The notes below the pieces were generated by a model. That model was not told the DNA's origin. It made no database searches and saw only the letters and a list, made by a program, of their open reading frames with translations. Made by a program: the position numbers and the translations under genes. DNA of 49,315 bases, counting the filler, from Jimgerdemannia flammicorona (lineage: Eukaryota): NCBI GenBank assembly GCA_003990765.1. It is 2 parts of 2 records of this genome, joined end to end, with 100 filler letters (N's around TTAATTAATTAA, not from the genome) between each part and the next. Parts side by side here need not be neighbours in the genome. Positions count along the whole stretch, not along the records: positions 24,712 to 49,315 come from RBNJ01000953.1; 1 more part is not named here. One strand, written 5' to 3'. This document shows positions 39,849 to 49,315 of the stretch, piece by piece (the stretch's first letter is position 1; each line of letters opens with the position of its first letter).

Positions 39849-41243
39849 GTCGAGTTCTCTACGGTAGTAGACTGAGATTTTGGGAAGTGCGAAGCCATCA
39901 TATAGACTTTCCGCAACCGTTGGTGCCCAAAGCAAATGGCGCCAACCCGTTTTGATTTAATTATTTATTTCGTCCTCTGTTCGGACTTAATGTACTTCAC
40001 AATGTCAAATGCAGTAAACTCCAAGTTTAACTATTAACCATAGTGTAAAGGTCACTTCCAACATACGGGAGCGCTCTGGCCATCGCCAATCATCAAACGC
40101 GAGATCTTTCTATTTGGTTTTGGTAAAAAAGGAAAAACCTCGCTGTTCTCAACCTCGCGGAAGAATTATCTAGATACATATTATTCTATACAGAATGGAT
40201 TCCAAGTTTACATTACCAAAGCCAATAATTTCCCAGCATACACTCTATTCAAAAAAAGTACAGAATTCTCAGGATGAAAAAAATGACATCGTTCAGCGAC
40301 GAACTCAGCTATGAATAATGAGGCTCCGAATAGGTAACGCCGGACTGGGTCTAGAACCAGTGCTGGCCGCTATCAATTTTTGGGGGTAGCAGTCCATTGT
40401 CATTCTGGGACGGTCGTTCTGCGGGTACTCGCCGCCGTCCACCCCGCCCTTTGGTGGTTAATCGTCACTCGGAGTTTAGTTGTTGCTCCGCAGATAAATT
40501 ATTGGCTCTGGTTTTCTAATGGTGTATGGGGTTGGTCTACTCTGATCAGTTCGGAGCCCTTAGCTTGAACACAATCTTGAAACTAAATTTATAGCAACTT
40601 TATCAATGCCTGATATTCATTGAATGAATGACATGGTGCGTATATACATCTACCAACTCGTCAACATGGCGCTTCTGACTAGTCTGGTTCGGCTGTAAAA
40701 TTTTCTTTTTGAATGGAGCAACCAGTCAAGACATTGATGAGTATCATCTCGTACAAATTACTCCTGTAATCGAATCATTACAAGTAATACCAACGATTAC
40801 CTGCCTAAAAATATTATAATGTGACAGACGTAAATGACATTCATGTTATAGCAGAATCTAAGATGTTCGACATCATTGCTATTGTTTAGTCGGAGGTGAT
40901 ACAAATATCTTTATATACATCCAAACTATTCACTAGTGAACATACAGGCAATATTATAGTCATTAACATAAATGTCATGATATTGCACAAGTGAAATCTG
41001 TGTTGTGTTTGCCATAATAGTGCACGCTCGCGTGTATGAAAAATATGTATATATGATCATGAAATACATAGTGTGCTGTCAGATAATGCGCCAGACACGA
41101 CGCAGGTAATTTCATTAGTCCTGAAATGAACAAATGCCTTCTCACCCGGCACGGTATTATATCAGTTATCCGCACAATGCACATGAATTCAGGGTAAGCC
41201 GACCCCTTAATAACCATAATATACGACGACCGCTACAAGTTCG

Positions 41244-42970
41244 CTACTTCCCGGCCTTCTTCTTCTTCTTCTTCTTCTTCTTACCACCACCGCCGGCGCC
41301 GCCGGCGCCGCCGCCACCACCGCCACCTCCGCCACCACCGCCACCTCCGCCGCCGCCGCCACCGCCACCGCCGCCGCCGTCTCCGGTATTCCAGTTGTTC
41401 CAATTATTACTCCAGCCGCTGTCTGCATTCCCATTCCAATCGTGACCCCCCCAGTTGTCGTAGTCATCGCTGTCGGGCCATTCATACTGCCTCTCCTCCT
41501 CACGCTCGTTTTCGGCCCAGTTCGACATGTCGCCATACGGGTCTTCATAGTGGTTGAACATGCCAACAGCCTTATCGCCGAACATATCGTACAGGTGCCG
41601 ATGGCGCGGGTTGCTTAGGATCGTATAGGCTTCGCCGATCATCTTGAATCGCGCCTCGGCCCGGTGATCGCCATCGTTCTTGTCTGGGTGGTGCTGCAGT
41701 GCTAGCCGTTTGTAGGCCCGCTTGATATCGGCGGCACTACAGTTTCGGGCGACGTCTAGAACCTGGTAGAAATCCTTGATCTGGGACTGCTTGAGGGCTT
41801 CTTTAGCTTCCCAGAGTTTTTGTTGGTACTCTGTTTTATTTAATGGTGAGAAGAGGGATTGCCGTTGCTTTTTTTATCAACATTTTCATAGAATGGATAA
41901 TACAGAAGCAGTAGCAGCGACAATTAAACATAAGATACCTCGATTGCCATTATCTTTCTCTATCGCCAGTTCAAAGTCACGTATGGCATCCTCGAAATCC
42001 TCTAAGTTGAAGTGGCACTGCGCCCTCCGCGCATACACCTTAGTATAGTTCGGATCCAATTTCAGGGCCGCATCGCAATCCTTGATGGCCTCCGCGTACC
42101 TGCCGAGCTAGATTAAAGATATGTGTGGCGGAAAAACAACACAGAACATTAGAGGAGACCGACGCATAGTCGATTACTCCATCCCGTGTACCCGCTGATT
42201 TTCCCGCCGATGTCGTCCGGCGTAATCATGCTTACACAGCAAGCGCCCCACTCCCCCGCCAAGAACCAAATACCACCCCACCTGGAACCTCGCCGCGGCC
42301 CTATTCGCGTATAGTCTTGCATTGATCTCCTTGTTATCCGGGTCGATATCCAGCGCGTCTGTGTACAGGTCGCACGCTTCACCGAAGCGGTTGGCGCTGA
42401 ATGCCGCATTCCCCGCCTCCTTCTGCTCTTCGAGCTGCAAATTTATCAGGTTTAAAAAACAAACAAAACAAAACAAAAAAAAATGCTTTTCAATGGTCAG
42501 GACCTCTAAAGCAAATTGTCGACTACAAAGCTTCTTACGGTTTATCGTCACGACTACTACGCTTCGACGTACCACACACATACCTTTTCTAACCGGATTT
42601 CAGCGTCCGTCTTCGGCTACCAGCAAGCAAAGATGATTGTTCATCCGGCGGAACGGATCAGCAAATTGGACAAACTGTAGGGCAACTCGACATCATCAGT
42701 TCACATTGAACCAACCTTGAAATGCTTCCTTATTAATCTCAGATCACTCTCGAGCTTCAGTATTTGCTGCTTCGCTATCGCCAGCTCCCGGATAGCCTCG
42801 TCCTTCTGGCTCTGGGCCTCGGTCAACTGAGGGATGGACCACATAGCACGGAGCGGGCGGGTGAGATTGAGCATGCCCGGAAATACAAGAAAAAAAAAAT
42901 TCCGTCAACTTACTTGTTTTTGGTAGGCTTGCGAAATTTTCTCCTCGTCGGCTTTCTCTTTGAGGATACT
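41244..42970 (-). CDS. TPR-repeat plus C-terminal J-domain co-chaperone (DNAJC7/TPR2-like); 5' exons may extend towards ~44000
   Basis: Exons 42434-42282 (KEAGNAAF...LYANRAAA), 42107-41939 (AIKDCDAALKLDPNYTKVYARRA) and 41830-41244 (DFYQVL..IKRAYKRLALQHHPDKN..RFKMIGEAYTILS). Smaller coiled-coil exons near 42584-42616, 42716-42826 and 42914-42969, all with GT-AG flanks. Confidence 0.88.
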
Positions 42971-44764
42971 AAAAAGCTTGATAAGGTGATACAGAGCACC
43001 GATTAATGCGAGCCGGGTATACACTCGACCTAATGAAGATTCGGTAGACCATGTTCATAGGAACAGAGGGGCTTGCTTTCATAATTTAGGCGCAGCCGGA
43101 ACATGAAAGGTTCTAAGATCATAGACGAATATGACATGCTGCATTACGGCACGTAAGGTTCCCCGGTATTACAAAGTGCACGGCCCGAAAACAAGCATCG
43201 AGCCACCGAAACAGCCCAGCGCCCACAGTCGCAAGGACTGGTAACAGTGCTGCTGATTCTCGCTCTGTCTCTCAGTAAACGCGCCAAAATCTGGCTCGAT
43301 TTCTTGTTATCGGGTCCTGCACTTTGACTCATACTGCGCATACCTGAGATTCAAACGATTTGGATAGGTTCTGAGCGCTCGATACCGCCTCTTGCGCAAC
43401 GGACAGCTATGGCACAACGACCCGACGAATGTAGTTAAAGCTTCAACTCCAGATTCTGGAAAACAAGCACCCCAAGACGACGAAAGTATCTACCCGCTGG
43501 ATGAGCTCCTTGGCTAATGTTTCGGTGGTCGACTCCATAAATGCCGGCTACATTAAAGACCAAGGGCATATTATTTCGAAGCCAACACATCATGTGGACG
43601 TTGGCCCTAACAATCCGACCAATCACGAACTCCAAGGCCACCTGACCACAAATAATTACGTTTGACAATCTCAATGTAATAACTGTGTTTATTAGGCGAT
43701 GAGAATAAATCTCAGAATGCGTGTAATCGGTCAGTTCGTAAGAACCTGACCCAAACTAATAGAGATGCCATGACGCGTCATAGTGGTTGATGCCAATATC
43801 CAACAGTACGCTACTTCATGTTGTGGAATCCTGCACAATTCTCGTGGCCGTCGGATTCTGCGTGAGACTAGAACCAAAATGTGAAGTAAAACAGTATGCT
43901 TACCTTCTATTTGAGGAATCCTGCTCATGGGTTTCAAAATATTTTGGTAACGACGATGAAGAATTCTTTATCCATGTCGGAGGATGTTGACCTATGGTGG
44001 TGAACGTCGATTGTTTTTATTTTGTATTGGACTGGAACATGGAGAAGGTTGTGCGATAGCATTATAAGATTTTGAATAAATAGTAGCGTATGGGAGTATT
44101 GACTATTCGCAAACGGTGAAGTCGAACTACCCCCCGAGAATCACGCGGTCGGTGAATCTCGCGTGCAACCTCTACACTAGTTCACGGAAATGATGAAGAG
44201 CCCTGGGGATACTGGAGACGTAGAATGCCGCCTGACGGAGCGAATGCCGTAGGAATATTTGGGGATGAAGAGAGGGTAAAAAGGAGTAAGTAAGGAAGGA
44301 GGCACATTGTGTCGCTTGCCCGTGGGAATGGACGGTTGGAAAGGGTTCTCGAAGTATAGGGTCTGTTTACACGCCAAGTATGGTCAGATTAAGAAAGATG
44401 ACGTTACGCGCGCGCGCGCACGCGTACGATTCGATTTCTTTGAACCACAAGCGTTTACAAATTCGGCAGGACGAGGAGTTTATTTATTTATTTTACTTAT
44501 TTTTTCAGCACGGGAGACCGAGACTGTTACTGATTCCGATTCGGCCATCCCTGAGTTGTATGTTGCGGAGGTGATAATAAGCGCGAAAGGTGTTTTTTTT
44601 TTTTTGGAAATCATTGCGTTAACTGTCAGATATATTTGTGGGATTGTTTAATCTCAATATTTTATAAATGTATGCTGATTTTACTATTATCATTATTGGG
44701 CAGGTCGAGGAAGCCGAGGATCCCTATACAACCCTTTATTCACCCCCGATATTCTTCTCCCGCA

Positions 44765-45440
44765 ATGCCTTCGAAGTATATACGACACGATGTGATCGAT
44801 GATGGTGATACAGAACCTGAGCAACAGTCCTTCCCCTGCTCCACGTACAGCCAGAGTATGGTACTAGCCGAGCGGGTAGGCTATTGGGACGTGGACGCTG
44901 ATTCCTTTGGTGAGGACATGCACACGTGGCTCAAATGCTTCTTCAAGACTGAGGGCGCCGCGCGCACCGTCCCGATCTTTGTCCCTATCAACCTCACCAA
45001 CGTCTAGACCACAGGCTATGTTTCCAACATTTACGCTCGTTGCGTTCAGGCCACCCATCACATAAACGTCGTCGCTTACATCCTCAAGTGTACTTTCCTG
45101 GCCAAGCAGAACAACTTCGTCTCCAAATTCCTCCCTTCCTCCAACAAGTACGACATTTACTCCTCCTTCACCAATATGTTCGACAAGATTGTCGTCTGTT
45201 TCCACGTCCTCGAGGGGTACGTGACCCCCTACACGTCGGGCTGACTCCTCTTCCCACCGCATCCGCTCCTCGCATACATCGTCCCCACTGAAAACCTCAT
45301 CCTCACATCCGAATTCTACGCGACCCTCTGGAATCTTTTTAACAACGTCATCGCATTCTCCCAACACTGCTTTTCGGCATGCTTGCCGAAAACTTCCACC
45401 GCACCATCGACCGAGAACTTCTCTGCAAGTCCGCACTAAA
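44765..45440 (+). pseudogene. Glycosyltransferase family 2-like fragment (catalytic C-terminal half plus TM region), disrupted
   Basis: FPCSTYSQSMVLAERVGYWD..SFGEDMHTWLKCFFKTEG..PIFVPINLTNV*TTGY..YARCVQA. It carries the GED motif and a degraded QxxRW-position motif. In-frame stops at 45005-45007 and ~45242; N-terminal DxD half absent. Confidence 0.65.
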
Positions 45441-45889
45441 TCTCGCACCTGGAGGAACATCCTTGATCACATTTGGCTTCCCGTCGCTGCATGGTCATCC
45501 TTCCGTCCACTGTTGCGTGCATCAGAGGCTCATCAAGCACAACGGTTATATTTTTGTGTCGGTTGAAAGGGGTGAATGCGTCGGCCTTGGCCTATAGGGA
45601 CCTAGCTGATAGGATGATAACTGGGAAATTCAATTGAAATATTTGGGCCAATAATGATCTATATCCTTTTATCCAACATATTTGCTAAATTTTGTAGATG
45701 AAGATAAGTGAATTCCCTCTAGCCAGTGATCTCGCAAAAATTATCTCGACTATCCCGTTTTCAGACAGAATAAACGTAAGTAACGACGGTACTATGCTTG
45801 GCGCAAGGCTACAACAAAAGGGAAAAAAAAAGATATTAATGATATTGCATACTCTATGACATGAACTATACCCAAAAACAAGATGCATA

Positions 45890-47124
45890 CCTCACCACCA
45901 TCTTCTTTTGCAAAAGTGGTTTGTGCGGCGTATTTGTCGAAAACGAGATAGGTGGACAGGACTCCTAGGACGAAGATGGCGTTGAGATGATCGTCTTCGA
46001 GTTACTCTTGCTACCTTGAGACCTCTTATTGACAGCCATCTTCTTCAAAAGTGGTGGTTTAGGTGGATTTTTTGCGAGGGGCGAGATGTGTGAACTGGTC
46101 CGCCTCTTAAAGGAGGATGGGGTTACCGAGACGATCGTGTTATTCAAGATAAGAGAGATCTTTTAATTACTACGAGTCGTTTACGCAACAGTATTTGTAG
46201 AGAACAAAATGTGCGAACTAACCTGTTTCGAGACGACGGCGTCGGTGTCTTGGGCATCCTGGAGCTGATCTCCTTTCTCTGTGGTCATTTGTAGATAGTC
46301 GCTCGTTAAAAAGAGGATCTTTTATCAATTTGATCTTATACCATCCCTCTCTTCCCTTCCTCGATACCATTTTTAATTAGGAAAAACAATAACAGTCCAT
46401 AATGATAGTTGCTCACTTCGTCGATGCTTTCGGTGTCACTTTCAGAGTCTTGGCTATTCACATGATCCTCTTGTGAAAGGTTTTCGTTCGTCCGAGATAG
46501 TTTTGAGGAGGAGCCTCCTGTTCGAGAAAGCTTCCTCTTTTTGCCTTGGCCCTCATTACGCAGCGTCTTGAAATCATGTCAATACAAAGACCTTTTACAT
46601 ATATTACATATATTTGAAAATAACAGCAAAACCGAAGAGGTACTCACTTTGACCAGTCTCGTCGTCGTTATCCGACCCTCTCGATCATCTGCCTCTATAT
46701 AACAATGGAAATTATTGTTTAGAATATACAATAAGCCTGCATCATATGTGGTCGAACTTAGGACTATTATAACATTAATAATTAAGTTCCTTTTTAATTG
46801 TGAATCCCCAGATAAACAATTGTAATTCACATACCATCTTGAATTCCTCATCGATTTTTGGAAGAAGTCAATCACTTCTTTTCGTTCAAGCATCGCTTCG
46901 GCACCCTTATTCAGTTTCTACGCCCTCTTCCTTGTCCCAAAAATTGTAATGGTTGATCGGGAGATTTTTTTTTGAAATCATTTGACGAACGCATACAGGA
47001 TATCATTTTTGCTATCCGACGTAGATTGTACGCGATCGTACAGATACCCCAGGCAGTTTAACAGACCCCAATCCTTTTGGTCGATATCAGCCGCATATTC
47101 GATGATGTAGGGTTTGAAGTCCAT
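45890..47124 (-). pseudogene. Multi-exon hypothetical gene with stops/frameshift (MDFKPYIIEYAADIDQKDWGLLNCLGYL...)
   Basis: ATG at 47124. The first exon has disruptions and ends EVIDFFQKSMRNSR before a GTATGT-type donor. Further short charged/Ser-rich exons have GT-AG flanks. Confidence 0.4.
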
Positions 47125-47229
47125 ATCTATTGTTTGGAAGGAGTAAAGATCCTTATGAGTAATTCGCAGGCGTGCACAATGGAGGTGGCCACCTAAATGA
47201 TAGCATTCAACAAGCTAGTATGCTGTATG

Positions 47230-47461
47230 AGGGACTGAGGCCTAGGTTTTATAAGCCTATCCCGAACCGCCTAATCCAAACATCGGTCGCAGGGCGGATC
47301 TAACAAGCGTAGGATACTAAGGGACTGAGGCCTAGGCTTTACAAGCCACAAATAGTAGGTCATAAATCCAAGCATCGGTCGCAGGGCAAATCTAACGAGC
47401 GTAGGATACTATTCATGATCGGTATACTGGACGCAGGGCGGACCTAACGAGCGTAGAATAC
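47230..47461. repeat. ~90-bp tandem repeat, 2 full copies plus a partial third
   Basis: AGGGACTGAGGCCTAGG at 47230 and 47320; CGCAGGGC(G/A)(G/A)A(T/C)CTAAC(A/G)AGCGTAG(G/A)ATAC three times. Confidence 0.85.
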
Positions 47462-47562
47462 GGTTGAAGCTATCTACACCATTGAGCTGTATGAAAATTA
47501 CTCAACTTTACACCGAGAACGACAGCTTGGCGCCAGAGAAATGGAAACGAGATGACGGAATC

Positions 47563-47617
<55 letters not shown>

Positions 47618-48040
47618 GGCAGGAAAACATAAAGCACGAAAACGTTAGGTCAAGTGCATAAAATATTTATGGAGTATGGGACAACATCAATAAAACGTAA
47701 AACGTGAGGAACGCAATAGGAGAGGGTCAAGAAACGATGGCAGGAAAAAGTATCGAAATGACTAGTAAACAATAGCAAAAAGTGGAAGTGCAAAATACCC
47801 ACATCACAGGCTGGGTATATATAAACACACTAGACAGGCCTACCTGGAAGTAACAAATTTCAGCTGTGTGTGAGTGAATGGCGTGATGGTATGGTCGTGA
47901 TAGTGTTTATACATTCTTCCCATTTATGAGATTAGTGTGTCATTAAATGGTCGACATATATACTTGAACGGTTGAGCGTAATGTTGTGTATGACAGTAGT
48001 TGCATGACTTCAGTGTTTTGACTAGTGTGTGCATATATGT

Positions 48041-48086
48041 ATACAAGTAAATAAATTGAAAAAAAAAAAAAAATACAAGTAAATAA
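48041..48086 (+). mobile_element. Probable poly(A)-only retrotransposition scar
   Basis: ATACAAGTAAATAA (48041-48054), then ATTG and an A-run, then ATACAAGTAAATAA (48073-48086). Confidence 0.55.
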
Positions 48087-48149
48087 TATGATTGTAGGGT
48101 CATAGCAATGATATTTATACATTCTTCCTGTTTATGAAATTGGTGTGTA

Positions 48150-49315
48150 CATCTCCTTTCTCTGCTACCTTACCGGTCACAAGGTTTAGTAGGCGACCTT
48201 CTGAGTCTCCTTTCCCCTAATATTACCCCTTCTACCTCAGGTTGATTTGCTGTGCCTGCAGGGGCATAGTGGGAGGAGGGCAATGGTGATGAGTTGCCCC
48301 TTTATCGGTATCAGATCGGTGCTTCCTCCACTTTTTCACGGATTCTGGTACCTTCAGCTGCATCTGGGGTGTACCCGTTTTGGTGCAGCGCCTTCTTCCT
48401 TTTGCCATCACTAACAAGGAGTCGTCTTGGTGTGTCTCGGGCTATGTAGGGAGTCGGCCGACCTTGGGCATCAAGTACTCAGTATAGGTTATCTGCAGGT
48501 CCTCGGTGCCTGTAGTGGGGCCCTCTGGCTTTGGTGAGCTTCCCAGCGAGCATAGTTCTGGTGTAGGTGACTGTTTTTCAGGTGTTGTTGGGATGGGAGG
48601 GGAGATGGCCATCACAGATAGATGGAAGGGCGATTACGGTAAACCAGTAGGATACCAGACTGGGGGCAGTCATCAGGGCTGGGGCAGGTAGGGCCTTTTG
48701 ATTGGTACGGCATGGTTAGGTGGTAGGTGTCACTATTGGCTTCTTTTGGCAGTCAGCGGGGTTGGGCCCCAGTCATCAGAGGGGGTCAGGAGGCCTGAGA
48801 CTACCCATTTCAGGTGTCTTGGCTGCACTCAACTGGAACTGGGAGCTGATATAGCAACATGATCGAGACCCACAGGCTTGAGTAGTGGGGTATTGGGGGT
48901 TTCCTCCTGCCTCACGTGTAAGTTCTTTACTCATCTCAACTGAGAGAACTAGGCCCTACCCACCATGTTGTGCTTTGATGAGAGTTTTTTATTTGCCTGT
49001 CATTCTCTTTGGGGTGGCAGGGGCTATTCTATTCAGCTCGGGTGTGGCCTTGTACATACATTGGGTTCTCAGGCATGCACTTTCGGTCATTGGTATATGG
49101 TTGGGTTTTCTCTGGTAGTAGGGAGAGCATGGTGTACAGAATGAGGTATGGGCTTATTAGCCCTGCTGTGCCTGGTATGGCTAAGCTGCTGGACAATAGC
49201 TAGCCTAGATTAATGAGAAGGCAGTGCTTGGTGAGTGGTGGGGGAGGGTTTTGGCCTATATAGTCTAGGTTCCCTTCCAATAAAAATCTGTGGGACATGA
49301 GTCCATTAAACAAAA
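48150..49315 (+). mobile_element. 5'-truncated LINE-like retrotransposon 3' end, much less mutated than the copy at 1-1170
   Basis: Degraded NWELI*QHDRDPQA*VVGYW (~48837-48897; zf-RVT-like WxxIW..PxxR..W) and FACHSLW (~48990-49012). AATAAA at 49279-49284, then an A-run at the contig end. Confidence 0.65.

Noticed and set aside
40322..40558. Possible MITE with GGCTCCGAA/TTCGGAGCC ends
   Set aside because: Only a 9-bp inverted match and no convincing TSD.
41134..41566. Poly-Pro and poly-Ala/Arg ORFs
   Set aside because: Antisense and alternative frames of the J-protein poly-Gly/Lys tail.
47565..47615. Poly(A) tract and poly-Lys ORF 47464-47661
   Set aside because: The ORF is an artefact of the homopolymer; no TSD found.

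Overview
Eukaryotic, intron-containing fungal DNA. The histone H4 sequence, Crinkler-like N-termini, F-box/LRR expansion and Plavaka element suggest an early-diverging fungus such as Mucoromycota; this is inference only. The window is two contigs (1-24611 and 24712-49315) joined by an artificial 100-bp linker (44 N + TTAATTAATTAA + 44 N), so adjacency across the join means nothing. GC-balanced gene islands alternate sharply with AT-rich, almost CpG-free transposon relics eroded by C>T/G>A transitions in CpG and non-CpG contexts, a RIP-like pattern. The relics are a LINE 3' end, two LTR retroelements, a hAT-like MITE and a Plavaka-type DNA transposon. Apparently intact genes: two F-box/LRR-like paralogues, a secreted SMP-30/gluconolactonase and a TPR-J-domain co-chaperone. 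Decayed genes: a TAF7 copy, a GT2 glycosyltransferase fragment, a third F-box copy and Crinkler-like fragments. Highlights: (1) a processed histone H4 retrocopy with poly(A), AATAAA and ~15-18 bp target-site duplications, inserted into a dead gypsy element, with an A15T change at a CpG; (2) internal repeat pairs that expose the hypermutation spectrum; (3) a triplicated cassette pairing a Crinkler-like ubiquitin-fold remnant with a convergent F-box gene, two copies of which form a ~4.6-kb imperfect palindrome.
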